Of a DNA stretch of 64,000 bases, positions 46,276 through 58,269 are shown one piece after another. The number at the start of each line of letters is the position of its first letter. Position 1 is the first letter of the stretch. The translations under genes and the position numbers were made by a program. This stretch comes from Phoronis australis (Eukaryota; Animalia; Phoronida), in the NCBI GenBank assembly GCA_002633005.1, contig NMRA01000702.1, forward strand, positions 109,949-173,948. The letters run 5' to 3'. A model generated the notes under the pieces. That model did no database searches. It worked only from the letters and a program-made list of their open reading frames with translations, and was not told the origin of the DNA.

Positions 46276-48119
46276 AGTACTCACAACTGAGCAGTGCCGC
46301 CTGACGGTGTCTTTGTAACTGTAAATCGTCTTACCCACCAAATAAGAATGCTGAGTTACATGAAATTCTCAGTTATTACCTTCTTGCCTTCTCCATCACG
46401 TCATTCATTATTATGCGTGCAGTGCAAGCATTAAATTACTGAAATACGGATCGATAATTAAGTCGCTTTTGTATCATCCGGCGCTGTTTATTTGTAATTG
46501 GGTGATCTATAGTGGATGGCAATGAGACGACACAGAAAATTACTGTTGCATTATTTGTAATCGATGATGAAGATCGGTACGCTATCATTATGCAAATGTC
46601 TGAGGGAGAATCTAAGCCTATGTTTTGATGACTAATTTACGATTTGTTAACATTAGTGTATATCATTCAACGTCGTATGTTGCGAGGCCTGTGGTCGACG
46701 CATGACGAGCGAGATTCACCAACAGTCTTCTACGGTAGGATAACCCTTCTTTTACATCGTGCAACTTTAAAAGTTCAAAAGTCATGTTTTTCGTTAACTT
46801 TTTTATTTGCAAAATATTATGCGGTTATAGGTTGCTCTCCATTAGGACAAACGAAGGATTTTTTCCGGTGGAGAGAATTTACCCTTGTAGATAAGCCGCG
46901 CCATTCACAAAATTGTCTGGAGATCAAGCGAAAGTAAAAACTTTCGCCAAAATAGCCTAAAGCAGTAACAATGCCTGCTGCCTTCCCTCCTCTTTTGACT
47001 TTACAGCTAAGATTAAATGCGTGTGAATCTTAGCAAATATTTTTCAACGTTTATGAACCTTAGCTTTATTTAATAGCCTACATTTCTAGTCCTCTTATTC
47101 AGCAAAATGGCAATGACTGGTTCTTTACAGAATGGACCGGCAGCACTGACTATTTGGCCACATTCACTACAGAAATATATGAGCGCTAGCATAGTACAAT
47201 TGCAGAGATTATCTGTCCATTTTTCACAGTATTCAAACTGATGGAATGAAGTCACATTGTGTTAATTTTGACAACGTCAGTAAGGACTTAGTAGCAAACC
47301 TGTTGATGGTTTCAGAGAGGCTCCGGTGAATCCTTCCTTGCAGGTACTGTTGGTATCATGCCCACTAGTCCAACAACAAACTGAAGTCTTCGCTTTAATC
47401 AAAAATCAGGCAGTTGTAATGTTTTCTATCTCCAATGTAATGAATTATTTATGGAAATAGAAATACAAAATTCAAACATATTAGAAATACTGTTGTGCCG
47501 TTTCAGAAAATATAGGCAGCACGTATATGAATAGTTGCGATTGTCATAGGCATACAAGCAACATCAGCCCAAGTCTGAATTTAAAATTAAAGTAGGCCTA
47601 CTCTGTCGTGTTTTATGAGTAAACCTAGCAAATCAAAAGTCTTTATCATCCATTGAACTCGCCAATCCTTGTACGTTTGTGTTATGTTGATATTCAACAG
47701 CAATATTGAAAGGCTCTTGAGTATATTCTGTAGTGTTCAGCACTATAGACCGTGTCAATTTGAATGTCTGAAGCTGAGACAACAACTTTGTCCTTTCATA
47801 GAATTCAGTATAAACGTGTCCGAATCAATGAGCTGTTACGAGTCATTTATGTCTCCGATCAATACTGGAGATAACATAAACTTTAAGTCGATACTATATT
47901 TGAAATCAAGGTGTGACATTTGAAGTGGCGGCGCATAGGAACGTTGAGTCGATACTGTAACTGTATTTCTTTAAAATTAAAAAAGCAAGCTGTGAACTGG
48001 ATTTGACTGGCGCTTTCCTTCAGGGAAAGTTGTGTTCCTTTCGCGATTTTTGTAGTGAAATAAGTTTTAAACATGGTTAATGGTGGGTAATCAAAAGTGC
48101 TTTGTTAGACTCGAACCTA

Positions 48120-50780
48120 AGTGCTGCTAAAGCGAAGTACTGATGGCAGGAAGTATAACTTTACTGAGAACAAAGGAGCCCTATGACACGTGACAATCAT
48201 CAGCCTATAGGAGCCAGGAGCTGACAAAACTCGTGGCAGTAACACAAATGAACCAATAGTGAGGCTGGAAATGGAATGTCCTAGTGCCTCGAGTGCAGGA
48301 GGACCGCATGCGAATCTACACAAGGGGTTAATGGACCAGTCCGAAAAATGGGGGTATAAGTGGGACGAGTCCATATTCTCACATAAATATATTTAACGAG
48401 TGAAATATCATTTATGTTCGGAATATGTCCCGAAAATAATAGGTGCGTCGCAAGCTCCGTCTCCAGAGATACAAAGGAGACCGTGTATCGGCGATATAAG
48501 GTCATTTATTATGACTGATAACGTACAGAAAGATGAGTGTACAAATAACATAAAGATAAAATAATAATCTCTGGAAAGATGGGTAATAAAAAGCGCTACG
48601 AGAGATGTTGAAGACAGCTCATGGCCATCCGCAGTGACGCACCAAAAGAAAAGGGGGGCAAAAGGAGGTATTGTGTAGATTCGCATACTTACAGAGGCTG
48701 GCAGCCGGATACCCAACCCTAACTCCAGGGGTCAAGGCTGGAGGGGGAGGTACATTTACCCAATTGCTGCAACAGCTGCCGGGTGTGAACTCACCCTGGT
48801 GTCGTGGCGGTAACGAATGGCACTGAGAGTAAGGCTAAAAATACAAAAGTAATACATGGAAGACTGAACAAAACAATGAGACAAAGTGGCAAATTGGTAA
48901 ATAGGAAAAACAAGATACACGGAGTGAAACGAAAGTACCATAAATAATATATGGAAAAGGGTACATAAGGACCCCGTAAACGAACCACATAACAAACTGA
49001 AAATGTTACAGAGGCTATGCAGGGCTAAGCCCAAAACATAAGAGAAAGTACGTAAGATATGAAAAAAATGAGCGGCAGAAACTGAAGTACCCAAGGTGAC
49101 GATATAAACCAAATAACAGGATAAAGGAAGCGAGAAAAGAAACTAAACCTAATTATACTGGCGAAATAATACAAAACGGACGGAGAGAAGTAACAAAATT
49201 TGACTAACAGATGACTGAGATAAGTGGATAAAATGAGAATAATAATAGGCAGTAAGCCAAAATGAGTACAAACCAGGAACAACGTGGGGAAACTAAAAAC
49301 ACCCACGGAAAGTATTACAACAACAGAAAAGCTAAGAAGAAATACCCTAGATATAACCGGCAATACTAATGCCAGAGTGAGGGGATGGGGGAGGGATGGG
49401 AGGAGGCAGGGGAGTGAGGAGAAAAAGGTGCAGGCAATACTGACACCAAAGTGGTAGGACCGAAGGGGCAGGCAATACTGAAAACGGTGAGGGAAGGGAG
49501 GTTGCAGGCAAGAACGGGCAAAACGGATGCGAAGAGGGGTAGGGGGACGGAAGATTTAATTTCGTCTCCCCTTAACGGGATGAGGAGGGGTAGAAGCGGA
49601 CGTGGGGGGCTTTCTGCGACAAGACTTAGCAGGGTGTTTGCCATTGCAAGAGGAGCAGACATGGAGGTAGGGACACTGAGTGGGGGGCTTAGGGCAGGTG
49701 TGGGAGTTGTAGGACCAGCAGTAGCCGGGGGTGCGATGAGGAGAGGTGGTTTGGGGGGAGGGAGGTGGGACCGGAGGGAGGTAAGGATGGTGTGGGCGTA
49801 TTTACAAAGGTGGGGTGACTGGTGGGGGTGGGCGGTGGTATAAATGCTAATGTAAACGAGAAATGCCATGCACCAGTCGTGAGAGGATTGGAGGGATTTT
49901 GACTTTGGTGTCGAACTAAGGATCTGATGGCCCTCCTGTACAATGAGAGACAACGTCGAGGAAGATGGATGTTGAGGGCGAAGTAGGGAAAAAATCAACA
50001 AATTGATTCGAAACAATCATGCCGCAGACCTTATCATTGACATTAAACCCTAACGGTAAAATGTCGGTACCTGAGACCGGGGAAAGAGTGATGTGCAACG
50101 GCTGGTCGTTGGTCGGCGGATGGACGGTTGAAGGTAGAGGCAGCGGTGGAGGTTGCACAGTGATGACCGACGGAGCAGCTGGCAGGGGCGCTGAGACCGA
50201 CGACGGCACGGAGAGGAGAGATGGATCCTGGCGAAGTTGCTGGATAGCCGATGAGACTACGGTGGAAACGTCCGGCGCTGTTGCAGAAGGCGGAGTCGAG
50301 GACGTCGCAGACGATGTAGAGGAGCGAGCGCGTGCTGGTGAAGGGCGAGAATACGGTGAGTTGGATGGACGAGCGGACTGGCGAGGCATCTTAAAAAGAA
50401 AAGCGGAGCGGCAGAGAGACTGACGCCGAACCCTAGCAGTGGAACAAAGATCAAGGTAAACGCGGGAAGTATAAGGAAGAAAGATGGCTGGGAAGCAAGG
50501 ACAGGTAATAAAAAAACCCAAGGAAGGGGTGGGAAACGAGGGTACAAGGGGTGAGACGTCGAGGAAGCCCGAAAAGGGGGACAAGGGGCCCAAGGTCCAT
50601 GGACCGAAAAACACGAATCTCTAAGGGGAGGGAGGAGAAAAACTGAAAAGGAGTCACGGGGAGGGGAAGATAAGGCACACAGTGCAACGAATCGCTAATG
50701 AGGGGGGAGGGGAAAGGACACAGGGCCCCAAAGAAGAAATAGTCACCCGACAGAAGGCACGTCTAATAATTGCTTTTAGG
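48120..50780 (-). mobile_element. Degraded DIRS/Ngaro-like tyrosine-recombinase retroelement (gag-like plus YR relic, RT not seen)
   Basis: MPRQSARP from 50389; PLGFNVNDKVCGMIVSNQFVDF; DWCMAFLVYISIYTTAHP...KYAHTI; zinc finger CWSYNSHTC...CPYLHVCSSCNGKHPAKSC; later VALFITHLS and YTP(H/I)FRTG resembling YR motifs; frameshifted; boundaries approximate. Confidence 0.7.
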
Positions 50781-50884
50781 ACGAACACGCCATTAAGAAA
50801 ATCATTAGGGATAATGTCAAAGTTTGTAAGCCTGATGATTACCTCGATGTTATTATTTATTATCGGAATAGGAAGTCCTCCAAT

Positions 50885-51184
50885 TTGGTCATGAAAAGTA
50901 ACATTTCTAAAGCGAAAGACCGCCCCGTTGCACAGTGTAGTGTTGTTTATGAGTTTGTATGCCCTAAGAACGAATGTCTTCGTTCAAACGTCAAACAATG
51001 TTACATTGGTCAAACCGTTTGCAGTCTTTCCCGTCGGTTATCTATGCATCTTCAAAATGGCACCATCCAAGATCATTTTCTGCAATGTCACGAACGTAAA
51101 ATCACCTGTCAAGAAATTGTGGAAAACACGTCAATTCGCTACGTGGAGCACGATGTGCTACGATTGAAAGTATTAGAGTCCTAA
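50885..51184 (+). mobile_element. Penelope-like GIY-YIG endonuclease fragment
   Basis: VVYEFVCP...CYIGQT..SLSRRLSMH...IQDHF..CH...LRLKVLES. Confidence 0.85.
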
Positions 51185-51520
51185 CTACGCTTTCGCTACC
51201 TGTTGCGAAGTCACAACTTTAAGCGAGGTGGTATGTGAATTACAGTTTTAAGAGTAATTTTGGTATTGAAACTTTGAATGAATTTTTTACGACATTTTTG
51301 ATGCAATGGGGAACTTGTTTCCGTGTGAAGACCCAGGTACGGTTCGAAAGTATCGTTGTCACATGTGCAGGTAAGTCACGATGTATTGTCACTACAAAGC
51401 CTACTGTGTTTGTCGGTTCTGGAATCGAAAGCAGGCGATCTTCAATTTGAAATTGTTTGAGGACATTAAATTGTAAAAGATTGTAGAAAAGCAACGAAAT
51501 TTGTTCTTCACAGCTTGCAG
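51185..51520. repeat. Dispersed repeat shared with ~19684-20010
   Basis: CTACGCTTTCGCTACCTGTTGCGAA ... ATGTGCAGGTAAGTC ... GGACATT in both. Confidence 0.7.
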
Positions 51521-54246
51521 TAATAGTAGGTGATTACTTAAAACAAAAGTTCAACCTTAAGCCTACTCCGACGTAGCAGGCTAACTTTCGGTTTTGGCTT
51601 AGACGGACCGATGTCAGTCTTAAATTTATGAAATGGGGCAAAGACTTCTTGGTCTTGAATTAGCTCAATGTCGGTGAAGTTGGGACACTGAAACGGTCCC
51701 TAATTGGTGAAGTTACAGGACACTGAAACGGTCCCTAATTTCACTAACAAATGAAGTACAATATACAGCACACTCAACACTGAAATTTGGCATTTCTGAC
51801 AATTTCTTGGTGTTTGTTGCTCAAATGCAATAACGTCAGGTTGTCTGCGTTGCATTGGTGAGTGACACATAAATTAGCATATGAGATACTGACTCGTACA
51901 TTTGCCACCGCAATGCAATGGTGAGTGACACATAAATCAGTATATGAGATAGTGTTTCGTACATTTGACTGTATCACAATGGTGTCACGTAGGATGTGAA
52001 ATAATGACTCGTACAATTGCATGTATAAAAGCTGGAAGCTTGCAAGCGTGTGATGAGAGAAAGGGTCACCATAACAGTGGAAGACGTGAGTTGTGACAGC
52101 GTCCGGTCCAGTGCTGTAATGGGGCGTAGACGCACGTAGGCGCAGCCAACCACCTTTTGGCATTTGAACGTAGCGCCTACGCCGGCACCGTAAGTTACGT
52201 TCAGTGCTCAAGGTGATGCGGTCGGCTTTGGTACCTCTAATTTTCCCACTACAGCACTGGTCCGGTCATGCAAACAGTGTCAAGAGTACTGCTGGAATTT
52301 GAATGCTGTAACATTTGCAAGAGATCAAGGCTTTGTGTAAAGAAAGTTTTGTAAACGTGCCTCTGTAGTATTATTACTTAGTTAGAAAATGTACTTTGGG
52401 CCTTTAGTCTTGAACACTTTAAGTAAATAAAGTAAGTCTGGATGACCAAAAGGCCGTTCAACTATAATCTTTATTTTTGCGTAACTTCGCATTTGAGCGG
52501 TCCTTCACTGACTGACCTGCACCCACCGGGCTTTAAGACTTGGTGACTGCAAGTGTTGACTAGTGATACTATTTCGCTAACGATTAAATTTTCAACTTCA
52601 GTTCTCATACCAAACTTGCCATCGAAAAATCTGTGACCGCCGTGGTTTAACTAACATAATTTTTACACATGACTACCATTTAAATATGAGAAGGGCTTTT
52701 CATAAATTCAGTGAACTTACACTTAAAGTCGTCAAAATTTGGGTCAAAATTTTTGTAACGTGTATGAGCGTATTTAGGCTAGCGCGCCTGTATCCAAAAT
52801 TTACTCAAGTGTTTTGCAAGTAGCTTCATGCGCTTCAGTTTCGCTTACAGGCGCAGGTGGATGTCCTCTGCGAAGGCACACAAATAGCTGTGGATAAAGG
52901 CGCACACATTGACAAAATCGCATAATGTTCCTTATTCAGATAAGATCGCGATATGTTTTACTAAAATGCTTAGTTTTTTGTAGGAATACTTGCTAAGTGC
53001 AAGAAGACATTACGAATGCCTTCCTGCTAACAATCCACTTCACTGGCTTACTGTTGTAAAACTGGTTTCGTATTCTTAAAAAAACAAGAACATTATCGAT
53101 TGAACCAGTCCTGAATAGTGTATAGTGTTTAGAAGGAAATTAAGTATAAGCTTGAGTTAAGAGTCATGGGATAAGCCTTCCCTGAAAAAGCAACAAATGC
53201 TGGCAAGTTCAAATCAAAAGAAACTGGTCGTTAAAAATTTGTTTGCAAACTAAATACATGTAGGCCCACTTCGTCTTGGCGTATTATGAAAGCTTTTATT
53301 ATTTTTAAAATGTTTATCACAAAAATGTATGTAGTGTGCAACAACTGAAGTGACCAAAAAGCGTTTTGTCATTCTCAAAATTAAGATTCTTCACTACATT
53401 CCATTAAACTAACGCACTTAGACTATTAAAAGTGGAGTGCTCCTATATTCTTATCATCATTTTCGAGCATGGTCTTATTCAAGTCGTTCGCCTATAGGAG
53501 CATGCGCCTAATTCCAGAAACAGGTTGCAATACACACATACATGGACAGATCACGATGAAAATAAGTAACCACTTTTTGTGTCATTCGCACATCGATTGT
53601 TCTTTTTAGTTTATTTTTACATCTTCCTTGGTCTTATTTGAAATCGTTATTTTTGGATTATATCTTTGTCTATCGCCATCAGTCTTCGAACACTGTTGTA
53701 TTTTAAAACGTTTGTGTTGCATTTTAATGTGTTGTAAAGTATTGTGCTGTATTCTAATACCTTCAGTTGTTAAATAAATAGATGAATGTAGGCTAGTTAC
53801 TGTATTTGCAGCCCCGTTTTGCAGCTTGATGTAAATGCCAATCGTCGCATAATTTTTAAAAAGTACTTTTATTTACATTACTTCACCTAGACATTCTGTG
53901 AGCGCATTCTATGAGCCAATCTAGACGTGGTCGGTCATTTTCTGGTCTTTCCATTTTTAATGTTTTGGGCAATTTAGAACCTCTATTTTTCTTTGAATAT
54001 ATTGTGCAAACAAATGGTGACTTATTGTATAGACTAGATTGTTACTCACGTCCAATAACGGGGTTATCAGTTATATGTAAATACGTGGAAAATGCTTTCA
54101 AAGGCCATTTCAGTTGTTGGCATTTCCATTTTGTTCTAATCCTTGATGCAACATTTACGAAGAGAGTGTTTGTTAACGTGTTTGACTTGGGCTACGAGCA
54201 AGCAAAATTTCAATTCACCGACTATCGTCGAGACAGGTTTTAGACT

Positions 54247-54884
54247 GTTGGTAGTCCTTCGGGTCCGAAGATGACGTAGGTTGTCTGTCTCATCGTCTAT
54301 GTATACGAAGATGGCTCTGCAGTCCCAGTCTTGACGCGCAGAGTCGAGCACAGGTGGGGCATTGGAACTCCGTCGTGGTAACAGTGGTGGATGCTGCTAA
54401 GTGGCGTTTCTCTCGAGCAGCTTCGAGTCTCTTACAGCGGTCATCCTCAAAACTAGCAGTTGCTTTTCGAATCGTGGTTCGCCATTTTGGTCTCTCTCCT
54501 GCAACAGCTTTCAGTTCCTTGGGTTTGATGTTGCACCACTTCAGGTTGGCTTTGACGGTGTCTTTGTAGTGAAGGCGAGGGCATCCTTGCTTCCTTCTCC
54601 CAGTCTTCAGCTCGCCATACAAAAGCTGGCGAGGTATTCTGTAGTCCTCCATCCTGATGATGTGCCCCACCCATCGCAGGTGGGCCTTGAGTAGCATCGC
54701 TTCAATGCTGGTTGACTGGGCACGTTCTAGGACCTCAAGGTTGGTGATTCGGTCTTGCCATCGGATTCCTAGGATGGAGCGAAGAGAACGCACGTGGAAG
54801 CTGTCAAGCTTCTTGATGTGCCTGCGGTAGAGGGTCCATGACTCGCAGCCATAGAGCAGAGAGGTCAGGACCACTGAAGAATAC
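54247..54884 (-). mobile_element. 5'-truncated RTE-clade LINE (RT C-terminus plus C2H2 finger)
   Basis: LLYGCESWTL...LRSILGIRWQDRITN..VL...LRWVGHIIRMEDYRIPRQLLYGEL..GRR..G.PRL; CPTCARLCASRLGLQSHLRIH; short 3' UTR hairpin CTTCGGACCCGAAG; TTAGACT on both sides (54240-54246, 54885-54891) as TSD. Confidence 0.92.
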
Positions 54885-55984
54885 TTAGACTAATGACGTG
54901 TCATTTCGCCTCTAATTTTGTGTCAATCTGGAAATCTTATCCGATCGTTGTAGGGCTTAAAACCATTACAACCCATCCGACCTTGAATAGTAGAGGAATG
55001 AGATGGTAATTGATGGCACAGACCACGTGGACATGCGTCATTTCCCAATTTTAGGGTTGACTCTGAAGTGTTTTCTGGGATCTAGTGGTTTCGATGTTCG
55101 TTCACTGTTGGCAATGTCAGGATACCCATTTTATGAGCTTTTTAGAAGTTTTTCCTTTTTGACTGATAAATCCTGCGAAAATGAGGGGGTTTGTTTAAAA
55201 GTATTTCAACTTTACACTAGTGTGCCTGTACCTGCTTTCGGAAATCCACCAGAAACGTTTTAGAATCATTATCGTAAACAGCTGCTCGCCTACTTCAAGT
55301 TTACATCAAGAGCGCCTAATGCAGAACGTGCTTCCCAGAAAAGCCTTTTGCCTTCGAACAGACACAGCCCTCTGTAAACAAAATTTGCGAGGTTCTGTGA
55401 CTACATAGCCGGACTAGACCCTGCTAGGTAGAGATACATGCACTCTAGCTGAGCTTACTTAATGAAAAATCCGCCACAGACTGTGGCAAAACATTCACAC
55501 CACATTGCCAGGCTGACGGCTTCAACCAAAAAACACAACAAAACTCGAGTTCACACACAAAATAGCTCGATGAATTTTACAGCTATTTTACGATTTCGAG
55601 TAGATGGCGCTGTTGCATGAAGACAGAGAACAGATGTAAACAATGCGGTTGAAGATTTAATTGGTTCAGCCGTTGCTAACTTAAACAAGGATAAGTATCA
55701 TGTTACATGAACCCCTCCCCTCCCCCCTTTGCGAACGTGAGAGCAAACGAACGCCGTAGGCAAGCAGTTTTAAATTTATGCCATTTTCCTTCGAAAAGTG
55801 CGGTTGCTTTCCCCCTCAACGACATCCCAGATCCGCCATTGTTTTAATCAGTGGTATGCTGTACGTATGTCGATCACAACGCTGTTGGTCGTCCACCTGA
55901 CCAACTCTCTGATCTACCCGAGATAAATATGTAGCACGCTGGAACGAGTTGAGTAAATAAATGAAACTGTGCATAACGACCAGT

Positions 55985-56143
55985 CACGTGGTACTAAAAG
56001 TATCGTTACGTCTGCAGTATCCAGACACGTGGTACTAAAAGTATCCTTACGTCTGCAGTATCCAGACACGTGGTACTAAAAGTATCCTTACGTCTGCAGT
56101 ATCCAGACACGTGGTACTAAAAGTATCGTTACGTCTGCAGTAT
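55985..56143. repeat. 41-bp tandem repeat x4
   Basis: CACGTGGTACTAAAAGTATC(C/G)TTACGTCTGCAGTATCCAGA at 55985, 56026, 56067, 56108. Confidence 0.92.
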
Positions 56144-56534
56144 CGCGCGTTCTACTCCTTACTTGCGGCTATTGTCAGATATTGGTTCTCAGCTTCCGCA
56201 CATTAAATCGGGTTTGTCGTGCATTGTATTGTACATGTCGTGCAATTGGAAGCGTGCACCTTGGATGGGAACTGCGCGAGCAACCAAAAATGGAAAGCAC
56301 TTACAGGAACCTGTCAGCGCTTGACATACATCAGGACAAATGAATGGCAAAAGACGGCCTTAGCATCGCGATGTGATAGCTCAAATACTGTGATCACGAG
56401 AATACCATCAAGAAGTTTAAACATATACAAACCATTTGATACTATATTAATAGGGATTGCGTGGCTGTTATATGTGAAGACGGAGAACTCAACTCGATTC
56501 TGTAAAGCTTTTATTACGGAGGCGTGTCACAGTA

Positions 56535-56780
56535 ATAGACCTTTCTTAATATTGCCTTATGAATATTAAATGAAAATCCAAAGCGAGGCTACTTCCTGTA
56601 TGCAGTCATGGCAGCCTCCTCTGTGCTAGTTGATCGGAACCTCACACTTGTTCCACACGTAACATTTGGCTTTGTGGAGTCTTATTGCAAAAATTCTTTG
56701 CAATCCTCAGGAAAGAACCAGCTCTCGAAAGGGCACAAGTATTTCAGTGAAGGTTACATAACCTCAATAAGAAGTAAGTA
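56535..56780 (+). mobile_element. Possible ISL2EU-like transposon end carrying the first exon of an accessory (SWIM/YqaJ-type) ORF
   Basis: ATAGACCTTTC at 56535; ATG 56608 MAASSVLVDRNLTLVPHVTFGFVESYCKNSLQSSGKNQLSKGHKYFSEGYITSIR then GTAAGT; family assignment from memory only. Confidence 0.4.
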
Positions 56781-58269
56781 GTTTTACAGGCTGCATAAAC
56801 ATTCTTCAGTTATTGTTGTTTAGATGTGTTTAGATGTCAGCTGGTCATTGGGTTTTTGTTTCACAAGAAGAATGCAAAGATACCAAGTCGACCACGAGTG
56901 GTAAAACAACAAAACAAAACAAAACAAAACAAAACAAAACAAAAGGTTTATTTCAAAACTCTCAGGGCCATTGACGCACAACTTATTAATATTCAAACAG
57001 TATAATCTCCCCATATCATCAAATACTCATAATTTCGATCTTAATTGCCATTGCTTGTTGAATGAAGGATTCCGTATTTCTTAAAACATACATAGAATCT
57101 GTACCTAAGAGTGCTTTAATGTTTCTATTTCTAGCAATACATTGTGGTAATGAATATTTCCATACGTCTGCAAAGAAAGGACAATCAAATAAAAAGTGTA
57201 TCTCTGTTTCAATTTCACCGGTGTTGCAAACTCAACAATTTCTTTCTGATCAAGGTATATTGTTCCTCCTACCCAACACAATCATATGATGAGGCGTCGA
57301 ACACCGTTTTTAATTCTGTTGTGCAAGACAAGACGAGATGACAGCATAGACTATGATGACAGTGACCAAACGCATTTTTTCAGCCTTGGACATTGTGAGA
57401 CGTTGGACGTTTTCGTGTTCATTGTTTGATTATCCAATCCAACAATGGTAATTTGACGGCACAATATGGCCGCTAGTAAGTTACAAAAACGCTAGGAAGT
57501 CTCACGGCATTCAATCCACAATGAGGTAAAACTGCTGTCCACCGGCTCTTCCACGGTTTCTGCGTATATAGATAGTGTCCGATTGGCTACGGTCTCGCCT
57601 TTCGTGCCAATCAACTTTGTTAAGAAGTAATTAGCGCCTTCTCATTGTCCAAAGTATAGCTTGAACTTAAAAGGATAGTAAACCATGTTTCGGATAAAGC
57701 TTCAGAACAGTGGAGGGTTTTGCAGGCATCTCTTTAAAATGATTCGAACAATATATGGTGTTATTTGTTTAATCACTTCTGCTGTATTGAAGAAAACTGA
57801 CCTTTTCACAAATATGCACCTACGTAAATGTAAACATAAGTTAATTAATTTGTGTGAATGTGAGTGAGTGTATGAAAGTCCTCCCCCTTCCCGTTTCCCT
57901 CCTCCTTTTTAATAATCTCCGTGGCTAATTATCCGCCCAGTCATTAGAAGTTATTTTTCCGATACTTATTTGTTCTATATGTGCGACGTATTGTTGTAAA
58001 GATATGTAGTTGGGGCCAACCAACCCCAGCCGTATCTACTAATCACTAATGATATGCTTTCTGGGTAAATAACCGTATTGAAAAAATGCTTCGGTGATTT
58101 GAACCAATCCATGTTTTGTAACAACCTGCTAACGCACCATTGACATTTCACGTAAGTGATAAAAACCACGACTCAACAAAAGCACATACTTACTGAGTCA
58201 CACAAAGGATATTATGGTTCTTGGTGGGTAGTCTTTCTCTGCATTTCTTATGTATATTATGATGCCTTA

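Noticed and set aside
48756-49363. Hydrophobic Phe/Leu-rich ORFs resembling membrane proteins
   Set aside because: Result of T-rich strand bias inside the retroelement relic
53540-53595. KWLLIFIVICP followed by GTATGT as a signal-peptide exon
   Set aside because: In-frame stop just upstream and no in-frame ATG
55985-56143. Regular 41-bp repeats (also 20-bp at 12006 and 27-bp at 34147) as a CRISPR array
   Set aside because: Head-to-tail with no unique spacers, eukaryotic context, no cas genes
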